Shown in pieces: positions 11,516 to 23,462 of a stretch of DNA of 64,000 nt. The stretch comes from Craspedostauros australis (Eukaryota): NCBI GenBank assembly GCA_030167865.1, contig JALAGF010003145.1, positions 62,001 to 126,000 of the forward strand. Direction: 5' to 3'. Position 1 is the stretch's first letter. Each line of letters opens with the position of its first letter. A program made the position numbers and the translations under genes. Under the pieces are notes generated by a model. The model had not been told where the DNA came from. It saw nothing but the letters and a program-made list of their open reading frames with translations, and did no database searches.

Positions 11516-12051
11516 ATATTTCCTTTTTGAAACCAATTGAAACATTCCGGCCTTTCCGCCAAGGCACCGGCCGGCTGCATATGCATTTGTAGAGGGATTA
11601 TGGAACACCAAGCAACAACAACACCAAGACACAGCGAGGTTGCCGGTGCCGGCAAACGACCAAGTCCAGCACCGACAGCGCCACCAACCGTTTCATCGCG
11701 TCCGATCCAACCAGGTTTCCCACACCATCTTCGTGATATGCGGGTGCAAGATTACTGACCTGGATGGAGCCAGCGGACGGATGGACGCAACAGCCTGAAC
11801 GTAGTTCATGTCACGCACTACTTACGAGTACATCACCTTGTAATCTATCATAGTAATCGAGACAAGGCTTTTGCGACAAACCGTTGGACTCTATTCAGTT
11901 CGTTCCAGTATGAATGATTGTGTAGTTTGGTAGTGAACGGATCAGAGCGCGAATGCTCCAGGAGCTGTCTCATGATGTGGAATGAATGGTGCCGGCAATG
12001 GCTTACTTGCTTAAATGGGTGTGGCATTCCTATTGCTTACTCGTGTCATAC

Positions 12052-14833
12052 CTACTTCCTGCCAACTCCTCGTCTTCGCTTGTTGCCCCATTTCGACTTC
12101 GTCGACTTGCGCACAGCCTTGGCTCCTGTGTACCGCGCGCCGACATCCAGCACGTCGAAGGGCATCAACGGCGGTCGCACCGCGACTCCAATGCCCTTCG
12201 GGACAGACACGCGGATGTTCGCCATACCGGCACCCGTCACCGCAACCCACCCGAGCCCGGTCAGCGAGATGTCGGCCGCCGCCTCCTTCCATCCCCGCCC
12301 TTCGATCTCGATGTCGTGATTCACGAACTCTCCGATCTCCTCCATCCTCTTTTCGCCATCTCCGAGAGGAGGCGTCAGCATCGTCCCGGCGTGGTTCTGC
12401 AGCACGTTGTCGACCTTGTCGGACGCGGTCGGATGGAGCTTGATGTCGTTGGCGACGAAGAACGTCAGAAGGAATGGCTTGCAATCGCCGAACACCTCCA
12501 CTCTGGCGAGGCCTCCGATCATGATGCACTTGCCGGATGACACGCGGAACGTTATTGGTTCCACTTGCCTGTCGTCGTCGTCGTCGTCGACGACGCCACC
12601 ATCGTTGTTGTCGTTGTTTCAGAGAGTTGTTCATGAAAGTCGTTGAAATGCGTTAGAGCAGAGCAGAGTGTCGTTTTGGCTCAATGATGCCACGGGATCC
12701 TCACCATGCGCATTCCATACCGGTCGTACAAAGACGAGAAGGCGTACGGACTGCTCCAAACAATGTCCAAAGCATCTCAAGGCCCTGCTAACACCTCGCT
12801 TGATACAGCATCAACGTGCAGAGCGCTCTCCTTGCGTACGAGTAGAATAGAGTCGCGTATCACAACTCCAATGCACACAGAACGCAACGAACTTACTTCT
12901 TGGGACAGACCACCTTCAGTTCCTCGCCCGTCAACAACTGCGTGATGGTGCCGGGCACCAACAGACCAGGAGTATCGTACAGCGTCCGGCCATCTCCCAG
13001 ATCGATCTTGATGAACTTGAGCGTCGTTCCTGGAAGGGGACTTGCCGTGACGGCGGTCTTGAGGGAGTTGCGGTTGCCGGCGCGGATCTTCTTCTTGTCG
13101 TCGGATGCCGACGCCTTGCCGCGTGGCTCGCGCAATATCTGGTTGATGAACGTGCTCTTGCCTGCGTTGGCCGCGCCCACGATGTAAATATCGCAATCCA
13201 TGTCGGTTGCTATGCTTGAGGCTTTCGTAAGCATCTCGCTGATGCCCTTGCCTGTCTTGCAGCTCACGAGCCGCACGGCGCCACCCACGTTGGCGATGCT
13301 GCCGACTCCGATGTACTCGAGCTCCCGTCTCACCCAGCTTTCAACGCGGAGGTTTCCCATCTTGGGTGGCAGCAGATCGACCTTGTTCGCCGCGATGATG
13401 ACAGGATTCTCGCCTGCGATGTCGTCCAGCTCCCGCAGGAAGGCCCCGTTGAAGTCGAAGAGGTCGATCAGCGCGATGATGACGGCCGGTTTCTCACCGA
13501 TGGGGCGTAGCAATTCGCGGAACTGCTCCTGCGATATGGTCGGCTCGTCGCTCCATCCCGGACGCAGGGCATCTTCGACTTTGCCGAAGTTCTGAAGGCC
13601 GTGGCATCGCTTGCAGATGACCTTCTTGGTGGAGGCCTCCAGGAGGTCGATGCCGAGCTCGTCTGCCAAACTACCCACGTCGAGGTCGCTGAGCATGTCG
13701 GGGTTTTCGATCTCCGAAGTTGCAGTCTCCTCCTTGGACGTGGTTTGGAGGAGGAAGTCAATCTCATCGTCCACGGACCATTCGTCGGAATCGGCCTTCT
13801 CCTGCAGCCTCTGCACTTCTTCGACTTGCGCCAGCTTCTGCTGGTACTCGAACTTCTCCGGTGGCAAGTACCCTGGCTTCGACTCGTCCTTGCATTGGAA
13901 GTCGGAACCGCAGGCGGAGCACGATTTGGCGTTGCTCAGAAGCTTGAAAATGTCCTTGCGAGTTGTCTCATCATCACCGAAAGGATTGGCTTCCTTGCGG
14001 TAGCCCAAACGGCTGAGATTGGCATCATCGAAGCTCTGCGAGAAGGCGTCCAGATCGTCATTCACGCTGACCCGTCCCGTTGCAAGATCGTTCTGAGCGG
14101 CACGAATTCGTGCTGCCATGTCGTTTTGCGCAGTGCTTGGTTCGTTGAACACGATGTCATCAGCGCTATCATCGAAACTGGCATCGGCACTGTCGACAGC
14201 ATCGCCGCCGCCAAGCTCGTCGTCGACGGTGTCAGCATCAAAATCGTTGATGTTGAAGGTGCTGGGATCAAGCAACCCATCCAGGCTCATCTTTTCGAGT
14301 TCGGTCGGACTGTCATCATCATCATCATCGTCGTCGTCGTCCTCGTCCAAAAACATGCCATCGTCATCAGGATCGAACTCAAAATCATCCTCGAAGGTTG
14401 CGTCATCCGCCCAGTGCGATGAATCAACGTCGAATCCTTCCTTCCTCGCCATCTCATCAAAGGCGGCAGCAAGCCTGTCGGCTGCTTCATTCGGATCGAT
14501 GTCTTCGTTCACCTTCCATTTGAGCTTCTTCTTTTTGAATGGCTTGGATCTCTGCTTTGGCTTGTCGACCTCGTCATCACCGCCGCCGCTGCTGTCCTGG
14601 TCGTTGTCTCCTCCTGCTGCAGCCGCAAGTAATCGGATGTTGCCCACGCCATGATGCCTCGTCAATGGACGCAGCACTTCATCACTGCCGAATTGTTGAT
14701 GATGACGCTGATGATTTGGCAATACGATAGATGAGAATGCTCGAACAAATGCAGCAGCATGCCGACCATTTCGAACAGACAATCCAATCGACACCAACAA
14801 CATCGTCGAACGGATGAAGCAAATTGATTTCAT
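12052..14833 (-). CDS. YqeH/NOA1/BPG2-type circularly permuted GTPase, probably plastid ribosome biogenesis
   Basis: Exons 14833-12897 and 12568-12052 (AA|gtaagt...acag|G). Split Zn finger CSACG...CKRCH. Motif order is G4 NKVD, G5 VSC, G1 GAANAGKS, G2 PGTT, G3 DTPG. C-terminal GGLARVE and DISLTGLGWVAV. Presequence ...HAAA^FV. Long acidic N-terminal region. Start could be 14803. Confidence 0.92.
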
Positions 14834-16104
14834 CAGAACGGTGCTGTATAGTGTGGTGCAGTGGAGTGGAGCTGAGCAGTGCTTTCGACCGTTCCGAATA
14901 GGGGTGCTCTTGGGAGTTTCAATCGAGTTGGCCTTGTGGCTCCTCCACGTAGAACAGAGAAAATCGTTCAGTCCGCGCTTGTGATGATGGCTTTCCACGA
15001 TGAGTGCTACCCGTACGATGTTGTTCGTTGCAACCCAGTGAGCTGCGCTGCCAACACGATTGTGATGGAGTTGGGATGATGCTTGTGGTTGTAGGTCGTA
15101 TCAGTGCCAGTCAAGTGGCGCCTGTTTGGAATGGCAATCTCTGCAGAGGGTTGCGCTTAGCTGGGCCTGACAGCTGTGCTCTTCCAGTAGATCGTGCTGT
15201 GTCGCGTGTATCCGCATCATGTTCTATTTTTTGTTTCTGTGGTGGTTGTTTTGATTGATGTTGGCCATCATGGAATGGTTGGTTTTGTGGAGATGCACCA
15301 GTCGTCTCGATCGATACTGAGTCATGCGAAGCAAGTGCTCGTGTCCCTGATTCGTGACTTGGTCAAACGCTTTGTTTGTACACACACTCGTTGGTGAGGG
15401 ACTTCGTCATCTTCGCGAAGAGATTGGCTCCAGCTCACACAACTCACAGAAATATGTATAGTCGGAATAATACCATCCCATGAAAGCGCATGATTGACAG
15501 AGTTGCGTTTGGGACATCTCATGTTTCTACTTCTTGTGCTGTTCGCATTACCTACGTTTGATCTCGATCGGCCGGTTGGCATTCCGACTGTCCTATCTGC
15601 TGGATGTCGCAATGTCTTCGTTCACAGAGTCCACCACCGTCACCACACATTAATGGTCTCTTGCAAGTGCTGCGGAATGGTTGCCGACTCTGCTGGCTGC
15701 GTTTCAAGCGTGACTTTCTCTCTCACAGGATATTGGTTGACTTCTTCGACGGTTGGGGTTGTTCCTTCGATTGGTTCGCTTGCTCGCGTGCCTCGTTCAC
15801 ATGTGGTTGATTGATTCGGTTGAGCCGTGCTCTGTCGTGACTGTAGGAGGCATCCAAGCACAATCACAGTTGCACACATCTTCGCGTGGATTTCATGCTT
15901 GCGTGCAGGTATTCGTGGCGCGTTCGCAGTGCGGTATGAGTTGCACAAAGACCGCGTCCCTCCATATGAGCATGCATGTGTATGTGTATGCGCGTGTGTC
16001 CATGCATGCCTCGGTGTATGTCTGGAAATGCCTGGACGTGTCATGCCATGCCATGTTCGTGGACTGACACCATGATCGACTGGCTCAATAGTTAACTTCT
16101 CATC

Positions 16105-16150
16105 AATCAATCAGTCAATCAGTCAGTCAGCCAATCAATCAACCAACCAA
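16105..16150. repeat. Compound (ATCA)/(GTCA)/(ACCA) microsatellite
   Basis: aatcaatcagtcaatcagtcagtcagccaatcaatcaaccaaccaa read directly, just past the LC8 stop. Confidence 0.75.
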
Positions 16151-16162
16151 TGGGACTGCTCG

Positions 16163-17084
<922 letters not shown>

Positions 17085-17671
17085 TGTCGCGGTCTCTGTC
17101 GTGCTCCTGCAGGTCTTCCTTCTTGGTCGACGCTCCTCTCTGTGATGCGATGCTGGTTGCGCTGCTGGTTGCGATGCTTCCAGTGTCTCTATCCTCTTAT
17201 CTCAAGACGGTGGTGTGCTGGTACCGTTGGGCGGAGTAGTTCGTAGAGTGCAGAGCGTTCTTCGTTCAGTACGGATCCTCGTACAGCCCTACCTTTCCGA
17301 TTTCCCACACTTCCCTCCTTCGACGATTCCAACCAACGCTGGTAACGCTCCTGTTCGTGCTTCTTCTCGTTTTTGCGCTGTCTTTGGTTCTTTTGTCGTG
17401 TCTGCCTTGCTGCGTGTTGCCGTGCGGCTTCGTGTTGTGTGCGCGCGCCCGTTGGGAGTCACAGGCAGGTCTCGAAACTAATTTAATCGCACAACACGGA
17501 AGCAAGAATAACGTCATGATAACGTTAATACGTGCCTACTTCGTCGAAACTAGATAATGTTGTCGATAGCAACGAAAGAGCAACATCTCCTGTTTGGCCA
17601 ACTTTTGTTGTATAATATGATACAATTCCACCACATAACCGTTCTTCTCTCGCGCTCTTAATCCACAAGAG

Positions 17672-19135
17672 TCACCCTTCCCTTCTCGGCACAAAGACCA
17701 ACGGCTCGATCTTTTGGACAGAATCGATCAGGATTGAGACTCGCGTCTTGGCGTCGTCGATTGGACATGGAATGAAACCTCTTTGCACAGCTCGCAAGGC
17801 AGCATCCGGTACGCGTTGCATGATTCGTTCGCAGATCACCGTCTGCAATAGACAGCCACCGTCTGCTGGCTTCATCAAACGATTGCCGTAGATTCCAATT
17901 CGGAGCCGTTCGTCTGATGATACTATGAGCGGATGCGCGACCCCATCCAACCAAACCCTTGCGTTGTCGTCTTCGAGGATCTGACGCATCGCAGCGTACT
18001 TCTTTGACACGGCATCGTTGATCGTGACGGGGCTCAGCGTCATCTTGGCCTCCCACATTTCCAGGATGCGAACACCACCGTCGCATTTCTGAAGAACGAG
18101 TGTATCGAATTCGTTCGTCATCTTTGTGGGCAGCGTCTTTGATGAGAGTTCAATGCAATTTGTTTTGGGCGGTCTGTGGCGTCGCGGGGCAACGTACACA
18201 GTATCAGCCACCACCAAGTCATCCCGATTCTCGCCTGCATCTGTCTGCGTTGTCGATGTTGCTGTCGCTATGGTTGCAGCGAGGGCCTTGGCCATTTCGG
18301 AGACGCGTTCCTCCAAGAACTCCTTCAACCCTCTCTCTCCGAGCTGCCCTCTTGTCTTGCCGTCGATCTTGCGTCGATCGGTCCCGTTTGGCAACTTCGC
18401 CACCATAAAGTCTTGCAGCAGCATCTTTGCCTCGTCGTCTTGAATCCGCTTGTCAATGAACGTCAGCAACAGTTCCTTGTCCGTCGGCTCCCTCACGCAT
18501 TCCTCGAACGACGGCAACAGATCCGGATCGAGATCTTCCAGCAACCGAATGAACTGACCTTGATATTCACGGCCTCTGGCGAGGAAGGAGAAGAATTTGG
18601 TCGGCCTGTCTCGGAACGTCTCCATCGTGGCTAATCCCTGCGTCAATTGCGGCGCCTTCTGCATGATCTCCGACGGAAAAGTGTGTGGAAGGGATAACAT
18701 ATGCTCGGAGCAAAACTCAACGGTGTTATTCCATAGTCGTTCCGACTGCAACTCACGCAGCTGTTTGCTGAACTCCACCTTGGGCAATCCGCTGGCACCT
18801 CGCACCAGACTCTTGCGATGCTGTTCGGTGATCGTGAGGGTGAATTCTGGATCGAGGCTCTCGGACACCTCATGGAGATACTCTTCTGCACATACAGACG
18901 CTGTGCTGAATGCCAACTCCGACGTCGTACCAGTAGATGGAGATGCCATCGAGGATGATGCCATCTTCTGCAGCGTCATCAGTGACACTCTCGATAATGA
19001 TTGCACCAGTAAAAACCGTCGCGATGAGAATGCCAAGCGTCGCGTGTATCGTCTCGTGTATCGTTGTGGCCGTCTTCGTGGCCGTGCAAAGGTCAATGTG
19101 TTGCTTCTAGCATGTACTGCTCGTTGTATGGACAT
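17672..19135 (-). CDS. Uncharacterised protein with a putative PD-(D/E)XK (restriction-endonuclease-like) domain
   Basis: Long intronless ORF with globular composition. Motifs RGQLGE..LKE, NEFDTLVL and ILEMWEAK occur in nuclease order. Start uncertain (19165, 19135, 18979 or 18964). The gene itself is likely real; the fold call is inferred. Confidence 0.65.
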   Translation of the reverse strand: MSIQRAVHARSNTLTFARPRRRPQRYTRRYTRRLAFSSRRFLLVQSLSRVSLMTLQKMASSSMASPSTGTTSELAFSTASVCAEEYLHEVSESLDPEFTLTITEQHRKSLVRGASGLPKVEFSKQLRELQSERLWNNTVEFCSEHMLSLPHTFPSEIMQKAPQLTQGLATMETFRDRPTKFFSFLARGREYQGQFIRLLEDLDPDLLPSFEECVREPTDKELLLTFIDKRIQDDEAKMLLQDFMVAKLPNGTDRRKIDGKTRGQLGERGLKEFLEERVSEMAKALAATIATATSTTQTDAGENRDDLVVADTVYVAPRRHRPPKTNCIELSSKTLPTKMTNEFDTLVLQKCDGGVRILEMWEAKMTLSPVTINDAVSKKYAAMRQILEDDNARVWLDGVAHPLIVSSDERLRIGIYGNRLMKPADGGCLLQTVICERIMQRVPDAALRAVQRGFIPCPIDDAKTRVSILIDSVQKIEPLVFVPRREG

Positions 19136-19824
19136 GGACCATCCGAGGGCAAAGTATGAGTACATGCAGAGGCCAAATCGTTTAATCATTTGTGCAGCTG
19201 TCTCATGGATGCTATCGCACGAGGAGGGAGATGGTGCTGCCGACGGTATTGATCCACCGGCCGAAGAGTACGACCTATGGATGATGGGAAGTCTTCGCAG
19301 TTCTCCTGCTTGCGTTGTCGAGGCAAGGCTCAGCAGCAATCAACGCACCAACACAGAGGAGCGATGATCAGAGGATGCCGTCCACGAAACCTGTGGATCT
19401 CAGACGTGTTCTCTGGAGCGGATCGATGTCTCTCCGCTGTAGACACTCATGCATGTACTCCAAAGCAGCATCTCATCACAGCGTGCGAGGATCGCCGAGG
19501 AATGGCGCCGCACGTCGACAGCAATCGAACAGGGAGGAGATGAGCACAGTCAACATCAGCACCAGCGCCAACACCGTCATCACTTGGCCGAACCTCACCC
19601 ATCACTTCATCTCCAGTCGTGCACGTTGGAAAACAGAATCTTCCAGACGTGCCGAGCCGAATCGACTCTGTCGAACCCAGCTGCGCGTGGCCTCGCGTGC
19701 CTGTGCTATTTCAAGCCATTGCTCCGACTCGACTCGACTCGCGCTCTCCCTCTCTAGAGCGAAGGATAAAGCCAGTACAAATACTGAGACTAAGTACATA
19801 CCGGTGTTACCTGAGAGTATCTAT

Positions 19825-22800
19825 TTACTGGAAGAAGTACGTCGCTCGTTTGACCTCCTCGAGATCGAGATCGCCATACTCGGGCACTTCTGGAAATTCA
19901 ACGCCGGGGTATCGGTAGGTCCAGAAAGTTCTCAGATCCTCCAGCAATGGCTTCGAGTACAGATCCACGAAACAATCGCGCAATACACTGTTCATCTCGT
20001 CGATGTCGCAGGCATGGGTCCAGAAGGAGTCATGGACGGCCGAGAAGAACAAACCTCTCTTGTCCATCTCCATGGCCGTCAGCAGCATGTGCGATGAATC
20101 CAACGAGTGCACGAAGTTGGGTGGGAATGCCGTGACCTGCCGGCGCTTGTTGATCGGCAGATCATCGCTGTCGTTGACGATGGCGATGGTGCGCATCATG
20201 GTGATGATGGTGTTGGTCTTGGTCTGTCGGTATGGCTGCACGACCGGAACGCCGATCGGCGACATCCAGACCACCGGCTGTTCGAACTGCGACATGATCC
20301 TTGCGCAGTTGGTGAGCCAGGTCTGGGTCTTCCTGGCGCCCTGGAAGAGGTCGCCCATCACCTCCATCGTTATCGTTGCCAGGTACCCAGAGGCAGCACG
20401 CGTCTCCTTGCTGATCTCGTCAATGTCGTGGCCATTCTGTTCCAGCTTCTCCTCGATCTTCTCCAGGATCTGGTCACGGGCGCCGATGTACGTCACACCG
20501 TACACGCTGGTCATGACGGTACGCTTCACCACACTACGATCGATCAATCCGTTCACCAGCTTGGCAGCTCTGTTGAATTTGGCGGCCCTCTGCTCGTCTT
20601 TGCTCAACGAAGCTATGTCGGTGTCGGCAGCAATGTCGATGTCTCTCTCTGCCTCTTCTGCAACACGTCGGATCACCTCGTGCATGACCCCGATGTACAC
20701 ATCCTGGGGACCGTCACTTTCCAGCAAGTTCACGGCCTTGCCTCCCACTGTGTCTCTTCCCAGCGCTGCGTAGTGCTGCAACCCGTTGCAACTTCCATCC
20801 ATGTGAACTGGAAGGGAGCACTCGTAAGATTCTGGGTCTCCGGAATCAATGGCCTGGATGATTTCGTAGCACGTGGCGAGTCCCTGGAATGGATCTTCGA
20901 GCGTCATCCACCAGGGATCCTTGGAGAATGGCAGATCGACGGATGCCCGGACGTTCTCGATGTTGTCATCCACGAACTTGGCGCGATCATCGAACGACAT
21001 CTTGTCCTTGCCTGCGAAGTTCGCAAGATGGACCTTCAGCCAGTACAGGCCCTTCTTGCCGAGCGGTTTGGCGTCTGCGAACTTGAGCAACCCACGGCTG
21101 AGATCTGAACCCACGTTTGAGAGATGCGGTGGAATGGGGTATGCCCTCCCGCGAAAGTCAAGGTTGTGCGGGAAGTAGATGCGCTCAAAGTCCTGGAACT
21201 TCTCGGCTTGCTTCATCTTGAGCTGCACCGAGCATCGCAACGAGTTCAGGTCCATGTTCTTCTGGATGGTCCGGCGGCGCTTCAGCAGGTCTGCATTGTA
21301 CTGTCGGATGGCACGGATCGCCCTCTCTCGATCCGGGTGCTCCTTGTCGGCCCACACCTCCGGGTCCACGTGATCCAGTTCGTGGGGCTCCGGAGGCACA
21401 TCGAAGTCTGTCCTCGTGGGTATGTCACCGATGGCAATGTCGTTCTCCCAGCAGTGCTGTGCCACTCGCAGAATTTCCTTGCTGATGTTCCACGGGGTGC
21501 GATTGAGCACGTTGAGACTTTGGAAGACAGAGTCGAGGTTGGCTCGTGACAGGGCATCTCGCTGCGTGTTGCAGCCACGGTGCCGCATGATCTCGCTTCT
21601 TAACCATTTGTAACCACCCCTGTTCGGATGCTCCCAGTCGTTGGGCGGGACGATCATCGGCTCGTAGCGGCTCGCGGAAGCGGAAAGGGGCCGCAGTTGG
21701 TCTTCCAGGAACTGCTTCTTGAGCGACTCGTCGATCTCAACGACCCTTCGGGCCTTGAGCCTGGATTCCCACCGCGTGCCTATCTTGAAGGCCGGTTCGC
21801 CGTTCTCCATCTTCGCATGATCCAACAGAATCGAAACCAGGGCAGCTCCGACATGGATCTGTTCGTTCGTGCTCCATGCCACATCTTGATTCATGGCGCG
21901 TTTGGTCCGGCGGATGGCACGCTGGATGCGCAACTTGTTCTTCTTGAATTTGGGATCCCTGCGGCTGATTTCGTTCATGAACTTCTCAAGGTGGCCTGCC
22001 GTGAAGGACCATGTGTCGACCGCGAGTGGAATGGGTTCTGGTGGCTCGCTTGCTTTAGTGGATTTGGTGCTCTTGTCTTTCTGCGTCTCGAGATCGTCTT
22101 CGTCGGCGCTGTCGCCGTCGTCCTCCATTTCTGCCTTGTCCTGACGGTCCTCCAGAAATCGCTCGCGCAGCCGCTGTTGGATGAGCACCTCCGTCTCCAC
22201 CGCCTTGCCGATGCTCGTGGCCAGGGTCGAGAGAGGAATGGAATCCATGAGGACCGTTTGCTTGTACGTGAGGGAGGCCATGATCGCCTCGTGCGCAACG
22301 ATGACGGCGAGCTTCTTGGGTGGCAAGCTGCAAAGCAGCGGACCGTAGCGCTTGTGTCCCGTGCGCTTGTCTTGACCTGACAGGTACGCCGTCTGCCTTG
22401 CGTCAATGACGTCCTTCAAATCGTCAAACCAACGGATGATCGTCTTCTGCATGATCCCCAAGGAATCGAAACCCTTCCGATCTCTCGCCTTTTCGACGAT
22501 GTTCTGGTATCGCATAACTGCCTCCTGATGCGCCGCACATTCGAGCCACAGCTGCATGTCTTCGGGATCGTCGCTTTCAATGGGCTTGAGGGCGTCGAAC
22601 GTCTCCATGATGTGATCGACTTTCTCTGCTATCGTCATCTTGGGCTTGTTTTGTTCGTGCCTGCCGAACGGGTCGACGAATGAGCCACCGATGACGCTTG
22701 TCACAGTGTCAGCTTCTGCACCCACGTCGTCATCCATTTCACCACCGAAGTCGTCACCACCGAAGTCGTCACCAACGAGATCAGATTCCATCGCATGATC

Positions 22801-23340
22801 GGAGCTAAGGTCAGTGGGGAGCTCCTTGGCAGCAGCATGAGCAACAGCAGCAGCAGTAGCACTAGGTTCTGCGTCGCCTTGGACTTCAGTATCAACGCCG
22901 TGAAGAAAGTCATCATCGTTGTACAAATCATCACCGTAGAGATCATCGTCGATCCAGCTGTCTTGTCCAGTCCCTGCTTTGACATTTGCAGCCCCATCCT
23001 CTTCATCCCCAATCTCATCAAGAAGAGTCGTTGTCGCAGAGAACGAAGGAGACGAAGGCGGAGGTGGCGTTGTGGATGATGGTGACGATGAGAAGGTCCT
23101 CCGTGAATATCCATGAGAGAAGCGTCGATAGAATGATCTATTTCGCCCCTGAGGCCACACAACCTGCAGAAGAACATGCTGCTGTTCCTGCTGAAATGGT
23201 TTGCTGTCGCCTTCCAGCACAGCCAACGAAGATCTCCATCGCCTGTTGATGTGAGGCTGCCTTTGAGGATGCAGCAGCCGACTCGTCGTGACTCTCAAGT
23301 GCCTCTGCCTGCCTTTGAATAGCGCAAGTCGCGAGTGCAT
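19825..23340 (-). CDS. POLRMT: T7-like single-subunit RNA polymerase (mitochondrial RpoT/POLRMT)
   Basis: 1171 aa. Motifs PMIVPP, HNLDFRGRAYP, DLSRGLLKF, PVHMDGSCNGLQHYAALGRD (A), RSVVKRTVMTSVYG (B), AFPPNFVHSLDSSHM, VHDSFWTH (C) and C-terminal YFFQ. Arg/Ser-rich, acid-poor N-terminus typical of a mitochondrial presequence. Confidence 0.97.
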   Translation of the reverse strand: MHSRLALFKGRQRHLRVTTSRLLHPQRQPHINRRWRSSLAVLEGDSKPFQQEQQHVLLQVVWPQGRNRSFYRRFSHGYSRRTFSSSPSSTTPPPPSSPSFSATTTLLDEIGDEEDGAANVKAGTGQDSWIDDDLYGDDLYNDDDFLHGVDTEVQGDAEPSATAAAVAHAAAKELPTDLSSDHAMESDLVGDDFGGDDFGGEMDDDVGAEADTVTSVIGGSFVDPFGRHEQNKPKMTIAEKVDHIMETFDALKPIESDDPEDMQLWLECAAHQEAVMRYQNIVEKARDRKGFDSLGIMQKTIIRWFDDLKDVIDARQTAYLSGQDKRTGHKRYGPLLCSLPPKKLAVIVAHEAIMASLTYKQTVLMDSIPLSTLATSIGKAVETEVLIQQRLRERFLEDRQDKAEMEDDGDSADEDDLETQKDKSTKSTKASEPPEPIPLAVDTWSFTAGHLEKFMNEISRRDPKFKKNKLRIQRAIRRTKRAMNQDVAWSTNEQIHVGAALVSILLDHAKMENGEPAFKIGTRWESRLKARRVVEIDESLKKQFLEDQLRPLSASASRYEPMIVPPNDWEHPNRGGYKWLRSEIMRHRGCNTQRDALSRANLDSVFQSLNVLNRTPWNISKEILRVAQHCWENDIAIGDIPTRTDFDVPPEPHELDHVDPEVWADKEHPDRERAIRAIRQYNADLLKRRRTIQKNMDLNSLRCSVQLKMKQAEKFQDFERIYFPHNLDFRGRAYPIPPHLSNVGSDLSRGLLKFADAKPLGKKGLYWLKVHLANFAGKDKMSFDDRAKFVDDNIENVRASVDLPFSKDPWWMTLEDPFQGLATCYEIIQAIDSGDPESYECSLPVHMDGSCNGLQHYAALGRDTVGGKAVNLLESDGPQDVYIGVMHEVIRRVAEEAERDIDIAADTDIASLSKDEQRAAKFNRAAKLVNGLIDRSVVKRTVMTSVYGVTYIGARDQILEKIEEKLEQNGHDIDEISKETRAASGYLATITMEVMGDLFQGARKTQTWLTNCARIMSQFEQPVVWMSPIGVPVVQPYRQTKTNTIITMMRTIAIVNDSDDLPINKRRQVTAFPPNFVHSLDSSHMLLTAMEMDKRGLFFSAVHDSFWTHACDIDEMNSVLRDCFVDLYSKPLLEDLRTFWTYRYPGVEFPEVPEYGDLDLEEVKRATYFFQ

Positions 23341-23430
23341 GATTCTTGCTTCGTGTGTGTATGTCTATGCGAAAATGTGTGTGTCATACGCTGGGGCTTA
23401 CTTTCGCGCTCTCGATCTTCTGTTCTCGCT

Positions 23431-23462
23431 GTCTCTCTCTCTCTCTCTTTCTCTCTGTGTGT
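23431..23462. repeat. (CT)n(GT)n microsatellite upstream of the RNA polymerase
   Basis: gtctctctctctctctctttctctctgtgtgt read directly. Confidence 0.85.

Noticed and set aside
14998-16100. Several 70-150 aa ORFs between the GTPase and LC8
   Set aside because: Low complexity or microsatellite-derived, with no family motif and no consistent codon bias. Treated as UTR or intergenic DNA.
17559-17573. X-box-like gttgtcgatagcaac upstream of the dynein light chain
   Set aside because: One imperfect match. RFX factors are not established in diatoms, and LC8 is a general hub protein, so no ciliary regulation is implied.
19825-23340. T7-like RNA polymerase as evidence of a prophage or viral insertion
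   Set aside because: The presequence, long N-terminal extension and absence of any phage genes fit the ordinary nuclear-encoded mitochondrial enzyme.
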